Shown here: piece after piece, positions 37,960-49,794 of the stretch
Layout of the letters: every line of letters begins with the position of its first letter
How positions within the stretch are numbered: position 1 is the first letter of the stretch
Assembly: GCA_030390025.1 (NCBI GenBank)
Contig: CM059431.1
Location: 113,524,001 to 113,588,000, forward strand
Direction: 5' to 3'
DNA length: 64,000 bases
Origin: Squalus acanthias
Lineage: Eukaryota
The notes under the pieces: generated by a model
Told to the model about the DNA's origin: nothing
What the model saw: only the letters and a program-made list of their open reading frames with translations
The model's database searches: none
Translations under genes and position numbers: made by a program

Positions 37960-38960
37960 ACTACTGAAGGCGATGGTAACTTTGATTGCCACTAGCAGTA
38001 TTGTCCCTATGGTGCAGTTTGGCTCCAGATATCCTTGCAGCAGATGGTAGAGCTTTGCAACTGGCTATGTGGTGGCCAGGAGCTTGCAGTGGTAGTTGCT
38101 GCAGGTCATTGGCAGCTAAGGTATACCAGAGCCTATAGATACGGTTGGCACCACAATGGCAGGAGCAGTCAGTCCGACTGTAGTGCCTGCTGATGATGTC
38201 CTTGATGTGTCTTTTTTCCAAGTTGTACCGCTTGAACTGTTAAATATTGGAGTCAAAGTTGCTTCAACTCAGCTCCCATTATTCATTTTAACTTGATTTG
38301 CCAACCAGACTCTGTAATTTGCAATTAGATGCCTTATCAGTCTTTAAGCCACAGTGAAAATTTGTATTGGAGTAGCCCCTTTTCATGTCCCCTCTTTGTT
38401 AATGCTCTTCCTGTTTCGCTGAACTCTTCTATCCCCTAAAATTACGTGGGGAGCATTTCTGTCTTTGATTCCTTAGAGTTGGAGGTTCTGCTGCTAGAGG
38501 TGCCTCAAAGGACAGTGGCTCTATTTGGGGCTGATGATCACTGTATTCATGCACAGGTTTCACCCACAATGGAGTCATCCTAACGCCTGCTCTCATGCTG
38601 ATGTGACATCCAGGTGGGAGACCCAGTGCTGAGTGCAGCCAAGAGAAGGGACCACAGAAGCTGTCTCCTCTGAAGGAGATGGCAATAGTTTGTACTCCAG
38701 CCGGACTCCTCAAAGGAATGAGAGGAAATGCCGGAGAATGGGTAAGTGTTGGCAACCACAGCATTGTCAGGTGCGGCTCCAGCTGTTGCAAGGACTTTTA
38801 TGACCTGAACCCCAGAGGTTTGAGGAAAAGGGGCTGATGCATCCCACACCAGTCTGTCACCACAAGAAGCCTGCCACCAGAGTTGCTGCATACTCTTGGG
38901 TGGGGGACAGAATTTGCTGAAGTCCAAGCTTGAGGAGCAGGACAATCATGCCATATAGGA
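37960..38960. mobile_element. Ancient Harbinger relic with divergently oriented transposase (-) and Myb/SANT (+) traces
   Basis: Minus strand LYHLLQGYLEPNCTIGTILLVAIKVTIAF (~37965-38055); plus strand WVSVGNHSIVRCGSSCCKDFYDL (~38739-38807). Confidence 0.55.
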
Positions 38961-40079
38961 CCACTCAGGGCAAGCATTGAGTCACACTTCTGGATTTAAA
39001 AAAAAAACATTTTTTCACAAAAGGATTTGGAAAAAGAATGACGACGAATGCCATTTTTTAAAAAAGTAATGTTTATTCTCACACATTTAGCAAAAGGGGA
39101 GCTTAGAGGAAAGATGGTAAATACACTAAAATGGAAGTTGTTTGTCCCAGAGGCTAAACAATAAGTTATTCATTAAGTTACCCAGGTAATTAGAAAAGAC
39201 CTCTCTCCCATTGTGTAGGAAAACCCTCTGATCTCGGTCTATCTGGGAGAGGGGAAGTAGAAGACAGATAGGATTTTTGATTCAATGAAGGGTCTGGCTT
39301 TTGAAAACAGGATGCTGCACAGGCAGTTAGACAGCAAAGGAATGCAAAAGACAGGAGACTTTCGGACAGAAGGCAGAGGGGTTATTCTGTTCAAGTTAAG
39401 TAAATCAATTCACGGAACTGGGATAGTTTAGCATATTCATTATTTTCATGTAAACACGTGAAGATAAGTTGTATCAATTCAACTAACTGTATCTGCTCTG
39501 TATGTTCACCGTACAGTGGAATAAGGTGACTCAATAATTCAAACCAAGCCTGGTCTCATCCATTGCCAACTTGGTCTGACCTCGGGCAAATTGAAGAAAT
39601 ACACATGTGAAAGTGAGGAGTATCTGACCCAGTGCACCAGAGGAAACTATTTTTCTGTCCCTGAGTTATGCTAAAGCGTGTGTAAATACAGGGCAGTGTA
39701 AGCCAACTTACATAAATGTAAGACCGCTTAAGGGAACATCTGTCAACACTGAACCCAAGAAAGTATCTACAACAGACCCAGGTTTGTAACACAAATGTAT
39801 AAGGATTAGAGCACAATTTTAATAGCATAAAGTAAATTAAGATCTGTTTATTTCTATTTTTTCTGGCCGGTTTGTTGGTTGCAATCATGGCAAGGTTGTA
39901 AGTACGTTAACATGGTTTCCGCTGAAGTTACCGTGTCGCAAGAATGAATTCACCCCTTAAATTGTATACTCATTTTCAGTTTTTACTGAGACATCCACCC
40001 GTTCTGGTGAAACCATGTGAAAACACCTTTTCTACACCATTGATCACCTAATCAGGACAAGCCAGACCATTAGGATCAC

Positions 40080-40655
40080 CAACAACAACAACTTGTATTT
40101 ATATAGCGCCTTTAACGTAGTAAAACGTTAGGAGTATTATAAGACAAAAAATTTGACACCGAGCCACTTAAGGAGAAATTAGGGCAGGTGACTAAAAGCT
40201 TGGTCAAAGAGGTAGGTTTTGAGGAGCATCTTAAAGGAGGAAAGAGAGGTAGAGGGGTGGAGAGGTTTAGGCAGGGAATTCCAGAGCTTAGGGCCTAGAC
40301 AGCTGAAGGCATGGCCACCAATGGTTGAGCGATTATAATCAGGGATGCTCAAGAGGACAGAATTAGAGGAGCGCAGATATCTCGGGGGGTTGTGGGGCTG
40401 GAGGAGGTTATAAAGATAGGGAGGGGCGAGGCCATGAAGGATTTAAAAACAAGGATGAGAATTTTGAAATCGAGGCATTGCTTAACCGGGAGCCAATGTA
40501 GGTCAGCGAGCACAGGGGTGATGGGTGAACGGGACTTGGTGCGAGTTAGGACACGGGCAGCCGAGTTTTGGATGACCTCAAGTTTATGTAGGGTAGAACG
40601 TGGGAGGCCAGCCAGGAGTGTGTTGGAATAGTCAAGTCTAGAGGTACCAAAGGAG
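40080..40655 (-). mobile_element. L2 LINE 3' fragment
   Basis: Reverse complement of 43075-43665; (aac)n tail. Confidence 0.9.
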
Positions 40656-41360
40656 GTGTTCGTTCACAGCTAGAGGATATGGGGTATACCAGCAAATACT
40701 GGCTGCTTTATGACATCAGCTAAAATGCAATTACTACATAACTCCTTCAAGACTTCTAGAAATCGCTAATCTCTTTCATTTCTCACTATGTAATTTTTGT
40801 CTAACCTCTCTCTTCCTTGTTCTTAAGCATCTTCTGATTGTTCCCAGCCAAGCTAATTGACTTGACTGTCTCTTCCTTCAACTGTGTGCTCTTTCATTCC
40901 TCCCTAGTCTGCTTCTCTAGCTTGCCTTTTCACATGGCTTTGCACCAGATGCATGAACTAATTAGATTGATTCTAATCAGTGCTGGTCTTTGTGGTTCTT
41001 GAAACCCACTCTCAAAAGCAGGGTTTTCATAATCAGTAGGGGACAGGCCATGTTGTTGTAAACTAAGAAGACAGGAATCTCAGCAAGAATGGAAAGTAAC
41101 CAGAAGATAACCCACACAACGTAATTTTAATAGGCTAGCTACACTCAACCTAAAATGATGCAAAATTGGTTAAAATACAGGCATTTGCAAAGACCTCAAA
41201 ATTACATTCGGGTCGCTTTAAATCTCATCCCTATAATCAAAGAATGAGAAATGTAAAATTAAAACATTTAACGTACATGAGAGGGAAATTTCCTGTAGCT
41301 GGAAGATTTAGTCCTGGCAGGGACCTTACAGGGAGGGAAAGTCAACATAGAAATGAAATT

Positions 41361-42125
41361 GGGCCAGAAATTCGGGTCTCCACGGGTGAGTACACGCTGT
41401 GTACTCACCCGTAGACCCAACGAAAGTGCCGGTTTCGCGCATGCACTGTGCATGCGCTGGAAACCAGAACTTCCGTTCCCCTGAAGGAAGGGGTTCAGAG
41501 GTCGAATGCGTGCGCCGGAGAGGCAGCACGTAGACCTCGAACTTCGTTTTTTTTTTCAGGTTTCTCCGTGAGGGTAAGTACGGAGAAGCTGCGTGGGGAA
41601 AAAGGAGGCGCAAGGTCTGCTTTTAACAAGGTAAGTGGTGAATTAAGTACAATTTAAACATTTTTTCAACAGGTTTATCTTTTTTACATACTTTAAAGAA
41701 AGGTAAGTTTATTTTTAGCACCGTTAAAAAGTGTAATTAATTTTTTCAAAAATTTAAATTTTTGTTTAAAGTAGTTAATTTATGTAATTTATAGTTATTT
41801 TAAAAATGTGATTTAAAAAAAACATGTATTTGAAGTTTTAGTGAGGTTTTGGGGCCGATCTCTATTCATAGATTTGACAGGTCTTCCTGTCAAATCTATG
41901 AATGAAGATTCCCTGCTCCGATTGGCTCTCCATGACCCACGTGATCCCAGGGGACACTTCGAACTAACTGCGCCCCTGGGATACGCAAGCACTGCGCGCC
42001 GGCAGCTGCAGGAGGCCCAGGAGCCGAATTCCACGCGGGCCCTGAAGCACAACGGCAGGCGCGGTAGGCAAGTACGCGCGCGATCCTTGCACCCGCGGGA
42101 AGCCGGAGAGCCGAATTTCTGGCCC
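41361..42125. mobile_element. Harbinger-type MITE, family B (copy 3, opposite orientation)
   Basis: Perfect 15-bp TIR gggccagaaattcgg; palindromes at 41382-41412 and 41864-41903. Confidence 0.9.
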
Positions 42126-42235
42126 AATACTGCAGATGCTGGAAATCTGAAATAAAAACAGAAAATGCTGGAGGAACGCAGCAGGTCAGGCAGCATCTGT
42201 GAAGAGAGAAACAGAATAGAAATGAAACAGTTAGT
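42126..42235 (-). mobile_element. Penelope-like 3' terminal fragment
   Basis: Reverse complement of 62110-62200. Confidence 0.75.
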
Positions 42236-42259
42236 CTCATTGTCCCAGCAATGACTTAA

Positions 42260-42705
42260 AAAGAAAGAAAGACTTACATTTATATTGCGTCTTTCACATC
42301 TCAAAGCACTTTGGAGTGGAGTCACTGTTGTAATGTGGGAAACGCGGCAGCCAATTTGCACACAGCAAGCTCCCACAAACAGCAATATGATAATGACCAG
42401 ATCATCTGGGTTTTTTTTGTTATGTTGATTGAGGGATAAATATTGGCCAGGACACCGGGGATAACTCCCCTGCTCTTCTTCGAAATAGTGCCTAGGATGT
42501 TTTACATCCACCTGAGAGAGCAGACGGGACCTCGGTTTAACATCTCATCTGAAAGACGGCACCTCCGACAGTGCAGCACTCCCTCAGCACTGCACTGGGG
42601 TGTCAGCCTAGATTTTTGTGCTCAAGTCTCTGGAGTAGGACCTGAATCCACAACCATTCTGACATCAGAGGTGAGTGCGCCACCCACTGAGCCACAGCTG
42701 ACACT
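42260..42705 (-). mobile_element. SacSINE1-like DeuSINE, near full length
   Basis: tRNA-like head, Deu-like core, L2-type tail and (tctt)n end; homologous to 2883-4410. Confidence 0.88.
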
Positions 42706-42904
42706 TAGAGCAGCATTCGGTGTTCTTCCCTTCTTATGTTTCTTTATTCCTTCCTTCCACATTTTTCCTCTATAGAAAACCACATTCTTCAGTTAAATGA
42801 ACGACGGATTTAAAAAAAAAACTGAACACATATCTAGAAACCTATACCAGTGATATTGTGAGGTAACATGATTCTTTGATGTGTTACCACAGACAGAGTG
42901 ATGT

Positions 42905-43665
42905 ACTGAGGCTGAACCACACTGTTCGCAACCATGGTGTCATATTTGACCCTGAAATGAGCTTCCGACCACATATCCGCAGCATAACAAAGACCGGCTA
43001 CTTCCACCTCCGTAACATCGCCCGTCTCCGCCCTTGCCTCAGCTCATCCGCTACTGAAACCCTCATCCATGCCTTTGTTACCTCTAGACTCGACTATTCC
43101 AACGCACTCCTGGCTGGCCTCCCACATTCCATCCGACGTAAACTTGAGGTCATCCAAAACTCGGCTGCCCGTGTCCTAACTCGCACCAAGTCCCGTTCAC
43201 CCATCACCCCTGTGCTCGCTGACCTACATTGGCTCCCGGTTAAGCAGCGCCTCGATTTCAAAATTCTCATCCTTGTTTCAAATCCCTCTATGGCCTCGCC
43301 CCTCCCTATCTCTGTAATCTCCTTCAGCCCCACAACCCTCCGAGATATCTGCACTCCTCTAATTCTGCCCTTTTGAGCATCCCTGATTATAATTGTTCAA
43401 CCATTGGTGGCCGTGCCTTCTGTTGCCTCGGCCCTAAGCTCTGGAATTCTCTGCCTAAACCTCTCCGCCTCGCTACCTCTCTTTCCTCCTTTAAAACGCT
43501 CCTTAAAACCTACCTCTTTGACCAAGCTTTTGGTCACCTGCCCTAATTTCTCCTTATGTGGATCAGTGTAATTTTTTTTTGTCTTAAAATACTCCTGGGC
43601 AGCGCCTTGGGATGGTTTCCTACGTTAAAGGCGCTATATAAATACAAGTTGTTGTTGTTGTTGTA
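42905..43665 (+). mobile_element. L2 LINE 3' fragment
   Basis: YFHLRNIARLRP...[20 protein letters not shown]...QNSAARVL...LHWLPVKQR, then a (gtt)n tail. Confidence 0.92.
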
Positions 43666-43767
43666 ATAATACAATACATTGTGAAACCTATCTCTGACAC
43701 GTTGGCTTCACAATGTGCTTTACTATTATTTGATGTGTAGAGGCAGGCTTCAGCAATTAAACATATT

Positions 43768-44653
43768 GGGGGACATATTGGTTTGCGCCTCCTGTTAGCG
43801 CCGTAAGAGGGCGCTAATGGGGCGCAAAGCAACTAGCGCCCGGGCGCGGCGATGTTTGCACCGCTCGTGAAATTGACCAGATATTTTGTGGCAGCGCTAA
43901 ATACTACCGCCACGATCACCTGCGCCCGCATGTCGTGACATCAGTCGAGCATGCAACGCCTCAGTAGCGCCCCGGACCGGATATTGAGTGGCGCTCCCTG
44001 CCTTACCGCCTGTCGCTAGCAACGACAGGTTGAGGAGAACATTTTGCAGTCAGGAAGGGACTGAGGGATGCTATTTAAAGGCGACCGCTTCCTGCCTTTT
44101 TTTGGTCGGCGACGTTTTTGCACCACGCATTCTGAGTGAGAGAGAGAGACTTCTGGAGATATTCAACGCTGTGTTGAGGAGTTTTGGGTACTGAGCAACA
44201 CTTTGCAGGTTCATTTTGATTTGATCTTCCTTGCATCGATTTAGAAGAGACTTGGGGGCTGCACTCTGAACTCTTTCCCATGGCCTCTCCATTGTTCTTT
44301 CCAGCAGATTTGATGTACAGGTCTCTCCAGGCCGAGATTCAAGGCTGCAATGAGCAGGGTGTGGATGTAAAGCAAGATCGACCCTTCCCTTTAAGAACTG
44401 GCCGGCGCCAGTGTGTCTGTGTTCCATTGCTGACTGACATCACATGAGCTTCGCCAGCGCTCTGAGGTAGCGCCTCGCTCCTCAGCGTTAGCACCTTAAA
44501 AGAGGTGTGTAGCGCCTGATTTAGCTCTCCAATCACCTCCAGGGGCGATAGAAGCCAAGTTTGCAGTCGGAGGCGATAATTAGCGCCAGGCGCTAAACTT
44601 TGCGCCCGGCCGATAATTGCGCCCCAAACGGGGCGATACCGAATTTCTCCCCC
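43768..44653. mobile_element. Family C-related Harbinger-type MITE
   Basis: Ends gggggacatattgg / ccgaatttctccccc with att TSD; first ~80 bp match 5752-5840. Confidence 0.8.
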
Positions 44654-44929
44654 ATTAAGCCCACGAGGTAATCATGGTATTGTTAAAGGGCCACTGGCCA
44701 ATTTGGGCTCAGATTGCAACCAGCTGAGTTTTCTAATTTATAGTGAACTGTAAATATTTATTGAAGATAAAGACTGTGTACTTGTAAGAAATCTCAGGTT
44801 TACAGAACATGCAAACCAGAATGCAATGATCGCTCAGAAAATGAATACATTTCCATAGAGTAAGTTAGTTTTCTCTGCTTTTGCGCTGTCAGTTTATTGT
44901 TCTATACCTTATGAGCTCGAAAGAAGAAT

Positions 44930-45080
44930 GGGGTGAGACTGGCCAACACCAGTAGTGCAAAAAAAATTGATAGTGAATCAGCAGCCCGTTTTACACAGGT
45001 GACCAATTTTCTTTTCCATGGTATGGTGTAAAGCGGGCTGCCGATTCACTATCAGCCTAGTTGTTGACCAATTTCACCCC
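44930..45080. mobile_element. Small fold-back MITE
   Basis: Ends ggggtgagactgg / ccaatttcacccc; internal IR tgatagtgaatcagcagcccgttttacac / gtgtaaagcgggctgccgattcactatca. Confidence 0.7.
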
Positions 45081-46789
45081 AAAATGTAACAAGCATAATT
45101 ATTATATTATCTCTGTCAGTAATAAAAACTAATTGGGGTAGATTTTCATCTTCACTGCCTGGTCAGTAATCTGGCAGGGCAGATCAGCCACCTGTTATAG
45201 AATCCACTTGATTTTCATTTCCTGCCTTCCTGTCTCCTATCCTAGTGCTATGTCTAAGTGTTTTCTGAGGGACCTGCAGGGCAAGAGGTGGTTGGCACCT
45301 CACGCTACACAAAAGGTTCATGGGACTGAACGGTCTTCGACTCACGGAAGATGGCTCTTGAGAGAGAGCCGCCACTGGCTGCATCTCTGGAGGCTGCTCC
45401 TGGGCAGCCTAGGCTCGCCTCCAACACCATACACTGACATACGCTGAGCATGCTGGAGTACTGGCATGTGCTGCTCTCTTGAGAGATGGCGGTTACAAGT
45501 ACAAGGACTTCAGTCACCATCATTTTACTGGACCCTGGATCTGCAACCCCAATGATCAGTTGGATATCTGGTCTAATGGCAGCTATCAGATCTACCCAGC
45601 CCAGAGACATGGCAGTAATCACCATCTGGAAGCTGCAATCAATGTTGCCTCCAGAGCTACAGTCTGTGCTTCCATGAAGGTGGAAGCACAACTGATCCCT
45701 GGCTGCCTCTCATCTGGGGCTCCGCTGCAGATGTCAACACAGCTGCCACTTGCTGCATTGTTGCCTGCAAGGAAGAGAAACCTTCCAAGATGTTACCGCA
45801 AAGGAGAGCTGTAGACTCGACAGACACACCTGCAATTGTTGCACATCCTGGGAGGTTTTCCTCAGAGGCTGTACATAGGATTGATGTTCCTCCAACATCC
45901 TTCATGGGCGAGTGTCCATGAGTTCTGGGTTTCACAACTCTGAAGTCATCAGCAGCCTTCTTCACCAGAGGGAAGGTAGAACATCGTCTCCCATGCTCAG
46001 AACTGACCTGGTGGTAATTCCTCAATATCATTATCTAAATCTCACCCCCAGGTGAAAGTCCTTTGGGGTGGTGCCTAGGAGAGAGGAAGTCAGTTATGCA
46101 GGTGGTCATCTGTGGGAGATGTTTGGCCCAGAGGTGGGTTGGTCGGGTTGGCTTGGCTCTCCCTATTGCCAAGGCTTCTTGTAGTCCTCTTCCCTCTCAT
46201 AGGTCACTAGGCTGAAGGATGGGCCCAGGCACTGTTCCTTCTCCTCTTCCAGTGGCTCCTGTGGCTGTGGTGGATCTACAGGAAAGCAGATTTGGAGAAG
46301 GAGTGAGTTTGACTCCCTTGGGATGAAGGAGACAAGAGGATGGAAGGTTGTATATATATATATTCAGATAGGGCTGGTAGGGCGGCATTGTAGGTGCTGA
46401 GTTACTCACCTAGTCCTGACCTAATGACTCTGGCACAGAAGAAACTATTTGAGGATCTAACAAGCTGTTAGTATAAACTAGTGTAAAAATAATAATATAC
46501 TAATTTGAAAATTATTCTATTATCCTGCATGGAGATTCTCTCTCTATTGGCTGCAGCATCACGAACAGCAAAAGAAATGATGAACAAAAAAAGTAAAAAA
46601 TAAAATAAAAATGTAAATTGAAAACAGGATGCATAAACTATGTCTGTACTTATGTATGCAGGTGCCATAGTTCTGCATGTGCAATGTTTTCTTTGAGTCT
46701 TTTTCTTATTTATTCACAATTTCTTGTGTTGGTCCTCCATTCTTCCTGTGGCTCCTGTGGAGCTATAGAAAAGCAGATGTTGTTGCTCT

Positions 46790-47370
46790 TTTGCTGCTGA
46801 AACCCTCATCCATGCCCTTGTTACCTCTAGACTTGACTATTCCAACGCACTCCTGGCCAGACTCCCATCTTCCACTCTCCATAAACTCTGCTGCCCGTGT
46901 CCTAACTCGCACGAAGTCCCATTCACCCATCACCCCTGTTCTCACTGATCTACATTGGCTCCTGGTTGAGCAATGCCTCAATTTTAAAATTCACATCCTT
47001 GTTTTCAAATGCCTCCATGGCCTCGCCCCTCCCTATCTTTGTAACCTCCTCCAGCCCTACAACAGTCTGAGATCTCTGCGCTCTTCAAATTCTGGCCTCT
47101 TGCGTATCCCCGATTTTAATCACTCCACCTTTGACGGCCGTGCCTTCAGCTGCCGAGGCCCTGAGCTCTGGAATTCCCTCCCTAAACCTCTCTGCCTCTC
47201 TTTCCTCCTTTAAGACGCTCCTTAAAACCTTTGACCAAGCTTTTGGTCATCTGCCCTAATATCTCCTTATGTGGCTTGTTATCAAGTTTTGTTTGATAAT
47301 GCTCCTGTGACGTGCCTTGGGACATTTTACTACGTTAAAGGCGTTCTATAAATGCAAGTCGTTGTTATGG
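46790..47370 (+). mobile_element. L2 LINE 3' fragment
   Basis: [26 protein letters not shown]...GLAPPYL...LWNSLP, then an L2 tail. Confidence 0.9.
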
Positions 47371-47514
47371 GTATGAGAAAAAATCTGCAGAATTATGAGC
47401 CAGCTGCAGTGGAGCATGAGGAGGCCTCATGAAACTGCTACTGGTTTGAATTGGATGGCTTCAACGGCTGCCAGGAACACAGACAGCGGATGGGGTTGTA
47501 AAATGAGTTAACTC

Positions 47515-47815
47515 TCATAGGAACAGAAGTAGGCCATTCAGCCCCGAGAGCCTGTTCCATCATTTAATTAGGTCATGGCTGATCTGTACCTGAACTCCAT
47601 TTATTCAACTTTGATCCATATTCTTTGATACCTTTACCTAATAAAATCTGTCGCTGTTGAATTGAACCAGCATCCACAGCCTTTTGGGGAGAGAATTCAT
47701 CATTGCCGTTATTCTTTGTGTGAAAAAGTGTTTCATTATTTCACTTCTGAATGGCCTAGCTCTAATTATAAGATTGTGCCTGCTTTATTCCCTCACCAGA
47801 GGAAATGGCATCTAT
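47515..47815 (-). mobile_element. Decayed CR1 3' end
   Basis: cataggaacagaagtaggccattcagccc 3' UTR in reverse orientation. Confidence 0.7.
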
Positions 47816-47870
47816 ATCCAAAGATGTAATACCTCAAATGCGTCACACATGGAAACTGTCATAACACATC

Positions 47871-48466
47871 GGCCTAGAAATTCGATTCGGAGGCTTGCCG
47901 CGGGGGTAAGGATCGCGCGCGATATCACCCACCGCGCCAGCCGTTGTGTTTTGGGCCCACAGGAACTTCGGGTCCTGGGCCTCTCCCAAGAGCCGGCGCG
48001 CAGTGCTTGCATGTTCCAGGGGCGCAGTTAGTGTGATGCGACCCCTGGGATCACGTGGGCCATGGAGAGCCAATGGCAGCAGACCATCTTTCATTCATAG
48101 ATTTGACAGGAGACCTGTCAAATCTATGAATTGAAATCGGCCCCAAAAGAACAGCTAAACCTCAAATAATTTTTTTTAAAAAACCATCACATTAATAAAA
48201 TAACTATAGTTAAATAAATTAACCACTTTAAACAAAAATTTTAATTTTTGAAAAAATTAAAATACTTTTTAAAAGTTATAAAAATAAACTTACCTTTCTT
48301 TAAAGTCTCTAAAAAAGATAAACCTGTTGAAATTTTTTTTAAATTATACTTAATTAACTACTTACCTTGTTCAAAAGGGGTCTTACGCCTCCTTTTTACT
48401 TGCGTAGAATCTTCCATACTTACCCTCGCGTTGAAACCTGAAAAAAAACCTAAGTGTGCTGCGTGC
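47871..48466. mobile_element. Family B MITE (copy 4), right end missing at the HE1 SINE junction
   Basis: Left end ggcctagaaattcg and palindrome at 48093-48131; colinear with the 32039 copy. Confidence 0.85.
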
Positions 48467-48903
48467 AACACGGTGGCATAGTGGTTAGCACTGGTGCCTC
48501 ACAGCGCCAGAGACCCGGGTTCGAATCTGACCTCGGGTGACTGTCTGTGTGGAGTTTGCACATTCTCCCCGTGTCTGCGTGGGTTTCCTCCGGGTGCTCC
48601 GGTTTCCTCCCACAGTCCAAAAATGTGTGGGTTAGGTTGATTTGGCTATGATAAATTGACCCTTAGTGTTAGGGGGGATTAAATATGTGGGGTTATGGGG
48701 ATAGGATGGGATATGTTAGGGGGAATTAAATACGTGGGGTTACGGGGGTAGGGTGGGATATGTGTACTGTGGGGATTAAAGCAGGGACAGGGTACTGGAT
48801 TTGGATGATCAGCCATGATCGTATTGAATGGCGGAGCAGGCTCGACGGGCCGAATGGCCTACTCCTGCTCCTAGATTCTATGTTTCTATGTATGTTTCTA
48901 TGT
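48467..48903 (+). mobile_element. HE1-type V-SINE
   Basis: tRNA head (ggtggcatagtggttagc, gggttcgaatc), V-domain (gtggagtttgcacattctccccgtgtctgcgtgggtttcctccggg), CR1-derived 3' tail with (tatgtttc)n, and a ~45-bp internal duplication at ~48667-48760. Confidence 0.9.
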
Positions 48904-48904
48904 T

Positions 48905-49770
48905 AGGACGATATAGACGGGTTGGTTAGATGGGCAGAACAGTGGCAAATGGAATTTAACCCTGAAAAGTGTGAGGTGATGCATTTTGGGAGGACTAACA
49001 AGGCAAGGTAATACACAATGAATGGTAGGACCCTAGGAAGGACAGAGGATCAGAGGGATCTTGGTGTGCATGTACATAGATCCCTGAAGGCAACAGGACA
49101 GGTAGATAAGGTGGTTAAAAAGGCATATGGGATACTTGCCTTCATTAGCCGAGGCATAGAATATAAGAGCAGGGAGGTTATGATGGAGCTGTACAAAACG
49201 CTAGTTAGGCCACAGCTGGAATACTGTGTGCAGTTCTGGTCGCCACACTATAGGAAGGATGTGATTGCATTGGAGAGGGTGCAGAGGAGATTCGCCAGGA
49301 TGTTACCTGGGCTGGAGCGCTTCAGCTATGAAGAGAGACTGGACAGGCTGGGGTTGTTTTCCTTGGAGCAGAGAAGGCTGAGGGGGGACCTGATTGAGGT
49401 GTACAAAATTATGAGGGGCATAGATAGGGTAGATAGAAAGGAACTTTTCACCTTAGTAGAGGGGTCAATAACCAGAGGGCACAGTTTCAAGGTAAGGGGC
49501 AGGAGGTTTAGAGGGGATTTGAGGAAAAACTTTTTCACCCAGAGGGTGGTTGGAATCTGGAACTCACTGCCTGAAAGGGTGGTAGAGGCAGGAACCCTCA
49601 CAACATTCAAGAAGCATTTAGATGAGCACTTGAAATGCCATAGCATACAAGGCTATGGACCAAGTGCTGGAAAATGGGATTAAAATAGAGAGGGCTTGAT
49701 GGCCGGCGTGGACACGATGCGCCGAAGGGCCTCTTTCTGTGCTGTATAACTCTATGACTCGATAACTCTT
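48905..49770 (+). mobile_element. CR1 LINE 3' fragment
   Basis: ORF 49018-49683 (LVRPQLEYCVQFWSP, LEQRRLRGDLIE) plus 3' UTR. Confidence 0.92.
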
Positions 49771-49794
49771 CATGAATCAGCAACTTCCACAAAT

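Noticed and set aside
45135..46400. Possible decayed Harbinger Myb-gene 3' region
   Set aside because: Only compositional resemblance; ends and motifs are not convincing.
48468..48540. tRNA gene (also at 2883-2960 and 42630-42705)
   Set aside because: These are tRNA-derived SINE heads continuing into SINE bodies.
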